This document shows positions 1-8,970 of a stretch of 64,000 bases of DNA, piece after piece; positions within the stretch are counted from its first letter, which is position 1; the number at the start of each line of letters is the position of its first letter. Position numbers and translations under genes: made by a program. The notes below the pieces were generated by a model. The model had not been told where the DNA came from. It worked only from the letters and a program-made list of their open reading frames with translations, and searched no databases. The DNA comes from Armatimonadota bacterium (GTDB lineage: Bacteria; Armatimonadota; UBA5829; DTJY01), in contig JANYKG010000182.1 in NCBI GenBank assembly GCA_025358205.1, positions 3,497 through 67,496 of the forward strand, read 5' to 3'.

Positions 1-431
1 CGTATATCATCTATCCGAATAATGAAATGACCATGCATATGTGGATTGCCCTTGGAATAGCAGGTATTCTGGGCAATACCTTCCGATCCCTCACAACACC
101 TCTGGACAAGCTCCCAAGCCTGGATGACGATGACCATACAAACGAATGACACTACGGCACGCCGGCGTTGCAGTGGCAGGGTGCCGGTGTGCTGTTCTCG
201 GAACGTCCGCCTCGGCGGACCGCACTGGATTCGGAAATCCAGTACTAACATAGCGGTGTGCTTCTCGGCCAATGCTGGCTGGCAAAGATTAGCTAGGCAC
301 ATAACGCTCAATACACGTTAGCTCGGGATTTCCGAATCCCGAGTGCCGGCGGAGCCGGACATGGGCGAGCGATGAAAGAATCACAAAGTATCCAAGGCCT
401 AGAAAGCGCCGAAGGTGCGTTCTTATAGCAG

Positions 432-591
432 CCTGGGGCAGCGCCCCAGGAACCAGTGTACAACAAACGAAAGGGCTGAAAGCCCGCCCTATCTGGGATT
501 GCCAGAGGGTTGATTTGTAAGTTAGCGATTGGGTTTCGGATACGGATCGCGTCCTTCGATCAACTCAGGACAGGCGGACGCTCGCCCTCCC
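432..591 (+). repeat. Family-B structured intergenic repeat, copy 1 (single arm)
   Basis: Three modules: CCTGGGGCAGCGCCCCAGG hairpin (432-450), GGGCTGAAAGCCC hairpin (473-485) and GGCGGACGCTCGCCCTCCC (573-591). The same three modules recur in the same order at 45396-45694. Confidence 0.6.
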
Positions 592-628
592 TTGGCGCAA
601 CCAAACTAACATCAACGGAGGAAACAAA

Positions 629-892
629 ATGGTATCAGCGGTAGCTCAAGGCGGCGTGTCTATCGTACTACTGCTCAGTCTGGCTCTGGTCGCTATCTTC
701 ATCGTGTTCTGGGTGAAGATGCTTGTCGATGCCATAACGCGCGAGTTCAAGGACAGCGGGACCAAGACAGTCTGGGTGCTTGTCATTCTCTTGTGGCATG
801 GCATGGGCGCGTTGATTTACTACTATGCTGTCTACGCGAAGGACAGTGCAGCCCGACCTGCACCGATTCAGGCAGAGCAGAACGACGGTTGA
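629..892 (+). CDS. Small membrane protein, PLD-nuclease N-terminal (PLDc_N)-like
   Basis: 87-aa ORF with GGAGGA 6 nt upstream of the ATG. Two hydrophobic helices and the WVLVILLWHGMGALIYYY-type signature typical of PLDc_N small membrane proteins. Confidence 0.65.
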   Translation: MVSAVAQGGVSIVLLLSLALVAIFIVFWVKMLVDAITREFKDSGTKTVWVLVILLWHGMGALIYYYAVYAKDSAARPAPIQAEQNDG

Positions 893-1198
893 TCTCCCGG
901 CCCGGCCGGGACTACTCACCAAATGGATACGCTTGCGTGCAGATGACGCCCGCCCTCCCTTCCGGAGCGGGTGAGGACACCCGCGCTCCCACGGAAGATT
1001 CCATTGCCTCGCAAACCCCCGGCGTGGTATCATCCAGGGCATGAGGGAATGGTTCATGGTCCGCGGCGCGAGCGCCGCTCCCTCGGAGGCGTCCACAGGA
1101 CGCCGAAGGTTGATGGCTGATGAGGGACCGGACTCCGGATTCCCGCCGCCATTAACCATGAACCATACACCATAAACCATTCCGTTGGGGGGTGTAGG

Positions 1199-2026
1199 AT
1201 GTCGAAACTGAAACTCGGGGTGCTCGTGAGTCTGGGGCACGATCCTGAGATCGAACTGAAGAAGGTCAGAGACCTTGGACTCGGGTCATGCCAGATCGCC
1301 TGCTGGGACGGCAAGCTTTTCACGGATGAAAATGCACGGAAGGTCACAGCCGCCGCTGAGAAGTACGACGTCGAAGTCACCACTATCTGGACCGGCTACT
1401 CCGGCCCGGCGACCTGGAACTTCACCGAGGGGCCTGCCACCATCGGCATGGTTCCGCCGGAGTACCGCACCCAGCGCACCGCCGACCTGAAGAAAGGCGC
1501 GGATTTTGCGAAGGCCTGCGGAGTTCCGTCCATCACCACGCACGCCGGGTTCATCCCCGAAAACCCCAACGATCCGCTATACAAGCCGACCATCGCCGCA
1601 CTGAGAGAAGTTGCTCAGCACTGCAAGATTCTCGGAATCGAGTTCTGGTTCGAGACAGGACAAGAGACGCCCATCACCCTTCGCCGCGCGATGAAGGACA
1701 TCGGCACGGACAACCTGGGCATCAACCTCGACCCGGCCAACCTGCTGATGTACGGCAAGGCGAACCCGGTGGACGCGCTGGATATCATCGGCCCGTTCGT
1801 GAAGGGGGTCCACGCGAAGGACGGCGAGTACCCCTGCGGAGACGACCCGGACAGACTGGGCGGCGAGAAGGCGCTGGGTGAGGGAAGCGTGAACTTCCCG
1901 CTGCTGGTGCCGAAGCTGAAGAGCTTCGGGTTCACGGGTGCGCTGACGATTGAGCGAGAGATCGGCGGCGACCAGCAGATCGTTGACATCAAACGGGCGA
2001 TGGGGATACTGGAACCATTGTGCTGA
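1199..2026 (+). CDS. Sugar phosphate isomerase/epimerase (xylose-isomerase-like TIM barrel)
   Basis: 275-aa ORF with a G-rich SD before the ATG. Recognised from motifs such as ITTHAGF, FWFETGQE and NLDPANL, typical of the AP-endonuclease-2 / xylose isomerase-like TIM barrel family. Confidence 0.8.
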   Translation: MSKLKLGVLVSLGHDPEIELKKVRDLGLGSCQIACWDGKLFTDENARKVTAAAEKYDVEVTTIWTGYSGPATWNFTEGPATIGMVPPEYRTQRTADLKKGADFAKACGVPSITTHAGFIPENPNDPLYKPTIAALREVAQHCKILGIEFWFETGQETPITLRRAMKDIGTDNLGINLDPANLLMYGKANPVDALDIIGPFVKGVHAKDGEYPCGDDPDRLGGEKALGEGSVNFPLLVPKLKSFGFTGALTIEREIGGDQQIVDIKRAMGILEPLC

Positions 2027-2030
2027 CGCA

Positions 2031-2110
2031 CGTGACGAGTGATACGTGAACTATCGACGAGAGCTCTCGGCTCATCAAACCAGGTCACTCATCACTTATC
2101 ACTCATCATG
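2031..2110 (+). repeat. Family-C heptad-containing inverted repeat, copy 1
   Basis: CGTGACGAGTGATACGTGAAC (2031-2051) faces the inverted GTCACTCATCACTTATCACTCATCAT (2085-2110). It starts 5 nt after the preceding stop codon and ends 25 nt before the GH2 start. Confidence 0.6.
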
Positions 2111-2134
2111 CGGAATCCTGAAAGGATGTAGCTC

Positions 2135-4627
2135 ATGCGAACACTTAGTTTGAACGGAACATGGAAGGTGCGGGGGTTTGACGGGCAGCACGGATCGCCG
2201 GAGACGTACGTCGTGGAGGGCGCCGACGAGCGGATATTCATTGACGCGGTCGTGCCCGGCGATGTGCATCTGGACCTGGAGCGAGCCAGCATCATCGGGG
2301 ACTGCAACATCGGCCTGAACGCACAGAACGCCCGGTGGGTCGAGACGCAGGTCTGGGTCTACCGCACCCAGTTCGCGGCCCCGAAGGAAGCCGTCGCTCA
2401 GCACGCCTGGCTCGTGTTCGACGGGCTGGACCTGAACGCCGTGGTCTACCTGAACGGTCAGGAGATCGGGCGGCATGACAACGCCTTCTGCCCGTGCAGG
2501 CTGGACGTGAGCGGTAAGCTGCGCGAGGGCGAAAACCTGCTGGCAGTGCGCATCGAGAGCGGCCTCTACGGGGCAGCCGACAAGCCCGCCGCCGGTTACT
2601 GCGACCAGTTGGCCGATCTGCAGTGCAAGCGCTCATGGCTCCGAAAACCCCAGTATCAGTTCTCGTGGGACTGGAATCCGCACCTCATCAACGTGGGCAT
2701 CTTCAAGCCCGTGAAGCTGGAGTGGGCGGAGATCGCGCGGATAGACCAGATGACGGTCTACCCCGAGCTTGCGGACGATCACAAGACAGCTAAAACATGC
2801 GTGCGGGCTTTTGTCGAGAACGTGCGCGCGGAGCCGGTGAAGGCGCTCATCAGGGTACACGTTCCAGAGGCTGGTGTGATGACCGAGGAGTGGGTTGAAC
2901 TCCCCTCCGGCATGTCGCGGCACGATCTGTCGGTCAAGATCACCGATCCTAAGCTCTGGTGGCCAATTCCGCACGGCGACCAGCCGCTCTATACCGTGGA
3001 GTGCGAGATCGTCGTGGACGGCAAGACCGCCGATGCGACCAGCAGACGAACCGGCATCAGAAGCATCAAACTGAACACCGATCCGCATCCCGAGAAGGGC
3101 GACTACTTCATCCTTGAGGTGAACGGCCAGCCGATCTTCGCGAAGGGCGGAAACTGGGTGCCTGCCGACATGATCTACGCCCGGCCAACCGCAGAGCATT
3201 ACCGAAAGCTCGTTCAGCTTGCCGTGGACGCGAATTTCAACGCGCTCCGAATCTGGGGCGGCGGGTTGTACGCGGACAACGCTTTCCTGGACGCGTGCGA
3301 CGAACTCGGCGTGCTGGTTTGGCACGACTTCATCTTCGCCTGCGCGAAGTACCCCGGCGACGATTCGGATTTCCTGAACAACGTCCGACGCGAGGTCACC
3401 TTCAACGTGCGCGATCTCTCCCCGCATCCCAGCCTGATGGTCTGGTGCGGAAACAACGAGTTGGAGTGGGCCGCCTGGGAGTGGGGCTACGACCGCGTGA
3501 GGCCGCATCCCGACCGCGCGCTCTATCACCTGGAAATCCCGCGCATCATGACCGCGGAGGATCCGTCTCGTCCATACTGGCCGAGCTCGCCGTACTCCAC
3601 CAACTACCGCCACCCCAAGGACCCGACGACCGGCGATCAGCATCCGTGGCACGTTTCGCTGGGCGCGGGCGGCGCGGACTTCTGGGAGTACCGCAAGGAC
3701 GTCAGCCGGTTCCCGAACGAGGGCGGTGTGCTGGGCGCGACCTCGCCTGCCACTCTTCGGCAGTTCCTGCCTGAGGGTCAGCGAAACCTCTTCTCGCCAT
3801 CCTGGGAGTTCCACGACAACGCCTGCAACTACTGGGGGCAGGGCGGACTCTGCTATCAGGCACTGGATTTGTGGCTGGGTAAGAAGCAAGACGACCTCTC
3901 GTTCGACGACTATGTTTTCTACAGCGCGGTGCTTCAGGCGGAGGGGCTGCAGGAGTACAGCAACAACTACCGCCGCCGGATGTTCAGCTCGTCATCGGCG
4001 ATCTTCTGGATGTACAACGACTCCTGGCCCGCGAGCCACGGCTGGACGATAGTGGACTACTACCTCCGCCGCAAGCTGGCGTACCATCCCGTACGCCGTG
4101 CGTTCGCGCCGGTCTACGTGATACCGGTCGCGATGGAGGACAAGGTTGTCATTTACGGGGTGAACGATACACCTGAGGCCTGGACCGGCGAGGTGCGGTT
4201 CGGCATCTTCAAGCTGGCGGGCGGCATGCCTGTGGACGTGACCAAGGCTGTGGTACTCAATCCGAACGCGGCGACTATCCTAGGCGAGGTCTCAATGGCC
4301 GAGTGGACGGCAGCAGGTGTTGACGCCTCAGGCGCGTTTGCGTGCCTGGTGAAAGATGGAGTGTCCACTGCGCAGAACAGGGTGTTTATCACGCGGTTCA
4401 AGGATCTGAAGTTCGCGAAGCCTGAGATCAAGGTCGAGCGCCGCGGTGACAAGGCGGTATTCTCATCGCCGACGTTCGTGTGGGCGGTATGCCTGGACGT
4501 GGATGGTGAGAAGCCGATTGCGGACGATATCTTCGATTTGTTGCCAGGGATTGAGTACGAAGTGGCTTGGCCGAGCGACCAGCCGCTGCCGGCGGTTCAG
4601 AGGTGCGGATCAGGGATGAGGACGTGA
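2135..4627 (+). CDS. Glycoside hydrolase family 2, beta-mannosidase-like
   Basis: 830-aa ORF. N-terminal sugar-binding region (VVPGDVHLDL, LVFDGLDLNAVVYLNG), TIM-barrel region with NALRIWGGG, WCGNNELEW (acid/base Glu context) and FPNEGG (nucleophile context), as in GH2 beta-mannosidases. Confidence 0.85.
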   Translation: MRTLSLNGTWKVRGFDGQHGSPETYVVEGADERIFIDAVVPGDVHLDLERASIIGDCNIGLNAQNARWVETQVWVYRTQFAAPKEAVAQHAWLVFDGLDLNAVVYLNGQEIGRHDNAFCPCRLDVSGKLREGENLLAVRIESGLYGAADKPAAGYCDQLADLQCKRSWLRKPQYQFSWDWNPHLINVGIFKPVKLEWAEIARIDQMTVYPELADDHKTAKTCVRAFVENVRAEPVKALIRVHVPEAGVMTEEWVELPSGMSRHDLSVKITDPKLWWPIPHGDQPLYTVECEIVVDGKTADATSRRTGIRSIKLNTDPHPEKGDYFILEVNGQPIFAKGGNWVPADMIYARPTAEHYRKLVQLAVDANFNALRIWGGGLYADNAFLDACDELGVLVWHDFIFACAKYPGDDSDFLNNVRREVTFNVRDLSPHPSLMVWCGNNELEWAAWEWGYDRVRPHPDRALYHLEIPRIMTAEDPSRPYWPSSPYSTNYRHPKDPTTGDQHPWHVSLGAGGADFWEYRKDVSRFPNEGGVLGATSPATLRQFLPEGQRNLFSPSWEFHDNACNYWGQGGLCYQALDLWLGKKQDDLSFDDYVFYSAVLQAEGLQEYSNNYRRRMFSSSSAIFWMYNDSWPASHGWTIVDYYLRRKLAYHPVRRAFAPVYVIPVAMEDKVVIYGVNDTPEAWTGEVRFGIFKLAGGMPVDVTKAVVLNPNAATILGEVSMAEWTAAGVDASGAFACLVKDGVSTAQNRVFITRFKDLKFAKPEIKVERRGDKAVFSSPTFVWAVCLDVDGEKPIADDIFDLLPGIEYEVAWPSDQPLPAVQRCGSGMRT

Positions 4628-4732
4628 TAAGTGATACGTGATTGGTGATAAGTGACGAGTGATGAGTGAATTAACTCAAGAGGTTTGGTTGGACCTACCG
4701 GGTCAGTTCACGTATCACTCATCACTCATCAG
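4624..4732. repeat. Family-C inverted repeat pair, copy 2 (between convergent genes)
   Basis: GTGATAAGTGATACGTGATTGGTGATAAGTGACGAGTGATGAGTGAA (4624-4670) faces GTTCACGTATCACTCATCACTCATCAG (4706-4732). It overlaps the GH2 TGA stop and ends 5 nt from the stop of the minus-strand OMP gene. Confidence 0.65.
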
Positions 4733-4736
4733 AATA

Positions 4737-5252
4737 TCAGAACCCGTACGACAGTCCCGCACCAATCCAGAAGACATCCGGGTCCGAAAACCATGCGATG
4801 GGATTAAACTCTTTGGAGAGGCTGCTCGCGCGGATGTCCAGCGAAATCCCACCAGCGGATGCCGACTTGGCAAGCACCAGCGAGATGCCGGTCATCATGT
4901 TGTCGGGGGTCGTGGGATCAGCTATTCCTGCTGCACGTTTGGCCCATGCTGTGGTGAAGCCGAAGTTCACCATGAACGGCCCGATCTGCTTGGCGGCCAG
5001 TTGGGATATCTGATAAAGGCTGAACGAATCCACCTTCATGTAAGATATGTCCAGCGTCTTCGGGCCTGTCTGCGTAATCGCCGCGCCGAATCCGGACTCT
5101 CCCGACTCCTTTTCCGCAACGGCAAACGCGCTGAGCTTGGTCTTGGTGGCGTTAGGGCCTGACCAGTTCGCAGAATTCCATCCTACGCTCGCACTGGCTG
5201 CCGATGCCGTCACCAACGCCAACACCGTCGCTATGTAACCGATTCTTCTCAT
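4737..5252 (-). CDS. Small outer-membrane beta-barrel protein (OmpW/OmpX-size class)
   Basis: 171-aa ORF with AAGGAGA SD. Signal peptide MRRIGYIATVLALVTASAASA, alternating hydrophobic beta-strand pattern, and the C-terminal ...GAGLSYGF aromatic terminus typical of OMP barrels. Confidence 0.6.
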   Translation of the reverse strand: MRRIGYIATVLALVTASAASASVGWNSANWSGPNATKTKLSAFAVAEKESGESGFGAAITQTGPKTLDISYMKVDSFSLYQISQLAAKQIGPFMVNFGFTTAWAKRAAGIADPTTPDNMMTGISLVLAKSASAGGISLDIRASSLSKEFNPIAWFSDPDVFWIGAGLSYGF

Positions 5253-5278
5253 GTGGATTGTCTCCTTGTCGTTTCTAG

Positions 5279-5350
5279 CCTGGATTATTCATGAACTGAA
5301 TAATCCAGGGCCTTCAGATCATTATTCACGTTTCTCGTGAATAATGCGGG
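5279..5350 (+). repeat. Family-A REP-like double hairpin, copy A1
   Basis: CCTGGATTATTCATGAACTGAATAATCCAGG, then GCCTTCAGATC, then ATTATTCACGTTTCTCGTGAATAAT-GCGGG. It directly abuts the stop of the SIS gene. Near-identical copies are at 35916, 37816 and 38995. Confidence 0.9.
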
Positions 5351-7222
5351 CTATTTCTTCGGATCAGATAGAGCGCCCGCCGGGATGTTGCACTTCAACA
5401 ACTCCTCGGCATCCGCGGGGTGCATACCTTTCTGGTAGCGCATAACTGTAAGCGCGACAACCGGCGGGTACGCCTGCCCGGCCTGCATCCTCGGGGCCAC
5501 GTATTCTATGGACTCGAACAGCAGGTGACACGCATCATCGTACTCCAAGTCCGTAAGCGCCATGATGAAGCGGGTGGAGCGGTCAATCAGCTTCAGGTTG
5601 CTTGGGACCAGCGTGACCATGCAGTTGCCCAGCACGCGCCCCAGGCGAACCATTATGCACGTTGACGCCGCGTTCAGCAGCATCTTGATGCCGGTTCGCG
5701 CCACACCGTCCAGCAGAAGGTCGGTTTCCGGCACCGGAAAGAGCACGGCCTTCACTGGCACCTGCCAGGTCTTCAAAAAATCTCGTATGCCGACCAGCTC
5801 GGACTTCCGTCCCATGTAAACCAGCCCGGTCAGCGCGCCAGCCTTGTGGGCGGCCTCAAGCTGTGTACGGTAGAACCCTCCTTCGCCCGTCAGCGCTTCA
5901 CGGTTGTCCTCGGTCACTATCGCCACCGCCGCGTCGCCGCGTACTATTGGTCTGTGCTGCAGACCGTTCAAGCCGATGCGGAACCGAAGTATCTCCTCGT
6001 TGCCGATCTGCTTCATTATCTCGCACTGCCTGGGCGACTGCTCCGGTGTGACCAGTTTCTTGATCTCATCATCAGGCCACGCCAGCCCGCGCGGTGTACG
6101 CTGAAGCAGGTTCTCCCACGCGGTCTCCGAATCAGGATACGGCAGGATGAGGTACGTCCATGACTCCGACGCCTTGGGATCGTCCCACTTCCTGAACGCA
6201 GGCGTGCAGAACGTGGGGGAGCGCTCGGTGGTGTCGGTGAGCACATCTATGCCCAGGTGGTCCGCAAAATAGGTACTCTTGAATCCACAGCGGTAGGCGG
6301 TCTCTTCGTTCGAGACTATCCCCGCTATCTGGTCGAGCATCTCCTTCGAGCTAAGGGTGGCGTGCATGCCCATGAGTTCGGCCATTGTCTTAGAGGGTAC
6401 TTCTGAGGCCGCCAGCTTGCTCGAAGGCGCGATCTCGGCCAGCACGTTCCGTATCACCATTTCCAGGATGGTGGACATCATGAGCAGCTCGATGGATGTC
6501 GCCTGCATGCGGGTGGAACCCATAATCGTCATGGGGCCGGTTGTGGCGTTGATCTTCTCGATACGGTCGTCCTCAATGACTTCGCAACTGCGGATCACGT
6601 CGGCGCAGAGTACGTCGTCCGGGTTGTTGTACATGAAGTAGACGCGCGCGCCCTTCTTCAGCCCCTGCCACGCTGTGCCAATGACGAACGAAGTCTCGCC
6701 GCCCTCCGTAATCGCGAAGACCGCGTCGCCCTTGTCAACGCCGGTGTCCTCGATCTGCTTCGCGCCGAACTGCGTGAAGTCCTCGAAGCCTTCGACCGAC
6801 TTGATGAGCGCAAAATCGCCGCCCGCCATGACGCTGAAGGTGCGGTTCTGCCAGTCGGACTTGTTTGGAATGCCGTCCTGTTTGCTCCAGAAGTTCCGCC
6901 ACATCGCGTCCAGGAGTATGCTCAGGCGCCCCGTTGCGCCGCATCCCGTGAAGAAGAGCTTTCCTCCGGCCAGTACAAGTTCGGTGACCTCGTCGCTGAT
7001 TCGCGCCGGGGCATCCGTGGCGATCCACGTGCGATACCGCTCCAGCACGTCCTTGTCAACGTCGAACATCAGCCCGAGTGCATCGCTGATGCTTTCGTCT
7101 GCTACGTAGCTTAGGTTCTTGGTGTGCGGGTGCGCCGATTCGGTGAGTAGATTTCCTAGCCTGAACTGCCCAGCCTCTTTGATGAATTTTTCTGCCTGCT
7201 CTGATGAAGATGTATGATTCAT
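5351..7222 (-). CDS. Double SIS-domain protein, glucokinase-regulator / MurQ etherase-like
   Basis: Long ORF (track 5351-7291). It contains FFTGCGATGRLS and a second SIS-like half; size and layout resemble the GCKR/MurQ family. I prefer the ATG at 7222 (MNHTSS..., AGG 6 nt upstream) because the 7291 ATG lies inside a REP-type hairpin (7289-7315). Confidence 0.7.
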   Translation of the reverse strand: MNHTSSSEQAEKFIKEAGQFRLGNLLTESAHPHTKNLSYVADESISDALGLMFDVDKDVLERYRTWIATDAPARISDEVTELVLAGGKLFFTGCGATGRLSILLDAMWRNFWSKQDGIPNKSDWQNRTFSVMAGGDFALIKSVEGFEDFTQFGAKQIEDTGVDKGDAVFAITEGGETSFVIGTAWQGLKKGARVYFMYNNPDDVLCADVIRSCEVIEDDRIEKINATTGPMTIMGSTRMQATSIELLMMSTILEMVIRNVLAEIAPSSKLAASEVPSKTMAELMGMHATLSSKEMLDQIAGIVSNEETAYRCGFKSTYFADHLGIDVLTDTTERSPTFCTPAFRKWDDPKASESWTYLILPYPDSETAWENLLQRTPRGLAWPDDEIKKLVTPEQSPRQCEIMKQIGNEEILRFRIGLNGLQHRPIVRGDAAVAIVTEDNREALTGEGGFYRTQLEAAHKAGALTGLVYMGRKSELVGIRDFLKTWQVPVKAVLFPVPETDLLLDGVARTGIKMLLNAASTCIMVRLGRVLGNCMVTLVPSNLKLIDRSTRFIMALTDLEYDDACHLLFESIEYVAPRMQAGQAYPPVVALTVMRYQKGMHPADAEELLKCNIPAGALSDPKK

Positions 7223-7288
7223 GTTACCTGCCGTTCCGAGATAGTCTGCCTGCATTCTGCATGGAACGCGGGATGCGGGGCTTATGAT

Positions 7289-7315
7289 CATTGTTTACGT
7301 TCTTCGCGAACAATG
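7289..7315. repeat. Family-A single hairpin variant, copy A8
   Basis: CATTGTTTACGTTCTTCGCGAACAATG, a diverged version of the CATTATTCACGnnnnnCGTGAATAATG hairpin of family A. Confidence 0.55.
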
Positions 7316-7501
7316 CGTACCAGCGCCGAAGCCGTTGTTCCTGTTAGTTAGACGCGTGAGAGCGATTATTGTTTCATGTCAATCGCTTGATCGGCAAATA
7401 ACCGACCGCGAGCGTCCGTTTGGAACACGTACTTTTCTAACATATCGTACCATTTTGGGGAAATCGTTGGCAAGTCCGCCGACGCCGACGCTCATCCAGG
7501 A

Positions 7502-7531
7502 TTAGACCCCAGAGCGCGCTTGCGGTATAAT
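7502..7531 (+). promoter_or_regulatory. Candidate sigma-70 promoter (TTAGAC-18 nt-TATAAT)
   Basis: TTAGAC at 7502-7507 and TATAAT at 7526-7531, about 30 nt upstream of the strong SD/ATG at 7563. Confidence 0.45.
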
Positions 7532-7562
7532 GCTCTCAGATAGTCTTGGTGAAGGAGATACC

Positions 7563-8867
7563 ATGCACACATACGCCTTAGTCATTCTACTCATCGTCCT
7601 CGCATGCACCATGTCATGCGCTGCCATTCTGCCGCCCGATAAGCCGTCCATGGCCGTGAAGGTCGAGGCGGGCCAGTATACCGTCCTCGGCAAGAAGGTG
7701 AAAGTCGCCGCAACCGTGGAAGTGCCAGTCGCACCGGCTGACGTGACCGTGGTGAAAGACGAATGGCATGTGCTGGGCGATGAGCCTGCCGCAACCTGGC
7801 ACCTGGGCACCGGCCTGAACAAGACCTACGGCCCGGTGGACATTGGTACTCGCCTGCCGTTTTCGATTGCCCCGGAAACCGTGAAGGTCCACTCCGAGGA
7901 GGGCGGCGGAACGATCTACACAGAGGGCAAGGATTACCTGCTGGACCACGACTGGGGCGGCCTGAGTCGTGTGGCTACCGGCGCTATCCCTCAGAACACG
8001 AAAGTATTCTTCGACTACTCAGCCTATCGTCAGCGCGTGGACGCCGTTCAGGTCGCAAAGGACGGAACTGTCTCCATCAAGAAGGGCGAGGCCGCGCAGG
8101 TGAACGCGCAGATACCCATCGCCGACAAGGACTGCCGGGTGATCGCGAACATCTATGTGCCGTTCCGCACCGCCGCAATCACTGCTGATAACATCTATCC
8201 GCTGCCCGCGAAGAAGCTGGGGTGGAGGGATTTCATCAAGGTGTCCGGGCGTAACAACCTGGAGTACACACTCCATGAGCTGAAGACGGATATGCCGGTG
8301 ACAATAGTCTGCTGGGGCGACAGCGTTACTTCGGGCGGATCGGCTAGCTCGCCCGACAAGACCTATGTGGAGCTGTTCCGCACGTGGCTGAAGAACGCTT
8401 ACCCGAAGGCTGACATCACGGTGATAAACGCGGGGATCGGCGGATCGAGCACTGAATCGCGCAAGGCAGGCTTTGAAGCGGAAGTTCTCAAGCACAATCC
8501 TGACCTGATTACGGTCGAGTTTGTAAACGACTTCAGCATGTCCGCAGAGAAGATCAAGGCGAACTGGGACGAGTTCATAGCAAAGGCGCGGGCAAAGAAC
8601 CCCAAGGTGGAGTTCATCCTCATCACGCCGGCCAGCATTATGCCCGCGTGGATGGGCAACTACGGGGTCTCGATACCGGCGATGCGCAAGGCGGCGACCG
8701 ACAACCGTGTGGCGCTGGCGGATACGGCGAACATCTGGGAAAACTTGCGGCGATTGGGTATACCGTACATGACACTTAACGCGAATGCGATCAACCATCC
8801 TAACGATCTGGGGCATATGTTCTTCGCGGTGTCATTGGCTGAACTGCTGAAACCTGAGGCAAAGTAG
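7563..8867 (+). CDS. SGNH/GDSL-family hydrolase with N-terminal beta-rich domain, secreted
   Basis: Track ORF 7530-8867. The ATG at 7563 has GAAGGAGA 6 nt upstream and gives a signal-like N-terminus MHTYALVILLIVLAC. SGNH blocks are VCWGDSVTSGG (block I Ser), GIGGSST, and NHPNDLGH (block V Asp/His). Confidence 0.8.
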   Translation: MHTYALVILLIVLACTMSCAAILPPDKPSMAVKVEAGQYTVLGKKVKVAATVEVPVAPADVTVVKDEWHVLGDEPAATWHLGTGLNKTYGPVDIGTRLPFSIAPETVKVHSEEGGGTIYTEGKDYLLDHDWGGLSRVATGAIPQNTKVFFDYSAYRQRVDAVQVAKDGTVSIKKGEAAQVNAQIPIADKDCRVIANIYVPFRTAAITADNIYPLPAKKLGWRDFIKVSGRNNLEYTLHELKTDMPVTIVCWGDSVTSGGSASSPDKTYVELFRTWLKNAYPKADITVINAGIGGSSTESRKAGFEAEVLKHNPDLITVEFVNDFSMSAEKIKANWDEFIAKARAKNPKVEFILITPASIMPAWMGNYGVSIPAMRKAATDNRVALADTANIWENLRRLGIPYMTLNANAINHPNDLGHMFFAVSLAELLKPEAK

Positions 8868-8880
8868 AGCGATTATTCTA

Positions 8881-8962
8881 TAAGGAAACCAGGAATTCAG
8901 GAACAGAGAATATCTTTGGATTCGTATCTCATATCCCTTCCTGTCTTCTTGGTTTCCTTAGA
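8881..8962. repeat. Long imperfect hairpin upstream of copA (family-D motif TAAGGAARCCAGG)
   Basis: TAAGGAAACCAGGAA (8881-8895) faces the inverted TTCTTGGTTTCCTTA (8946-8960). A direct copy TAAGGAAGCCAGGGAAGCAGGAATA follows copA at 11259-11283. Confidence 0.5.
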
Positions 8963-8970
8963 GGTTATTC

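Noticed and set aside
344-400. GAGCCGGACATGGGCGAGCGATGAAAG looked superficially like a group II intron domain V (AGC triad plus GAAA loop)
   Set aside because: The 3-prime strand needed to complete the domain V helix is absent. No reverse-transcriptase ORF or other intron domains are evident.
668-1240. 190-aa minus-strand ORF spanning the PLDc_N gene and the next intergenic region. Also small ORFs at 91-285, 124-321 and 793-1044.
   Set aside because: These have no SD and no motifs. They overlap a well-supported plus-strand gene or hairpin-rich non-coding DNA.
2633-3889. 418-aa minus-strand ORF inside the GH2 gene. Similar long antisense ORFs lie at 8019-8816, 17235-18083, 20665-21534, 31471-32376, 46198-47214, 56995-58029, 60253-61338 and 61179-62186.
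   Set aside because: Each lies antisense to a gene with clear family motifs. They are rich in Arg/Pro/Gly/Ala-type shadow composition, lack SD sequences and recognisable domains, and are typical high-GC shadow ORFs.
5321-5345. REP hairpin 2 (TTCACG-N5-CGTGAA) and the family-C ACGTGAAC resemble parS half-sites
   Set aside because: Canonical parS (TGTTNCAC-GTGAAACA) has no spacer and different flanks. These are components of multi-copy REP-like elements distributed without relation to parB.
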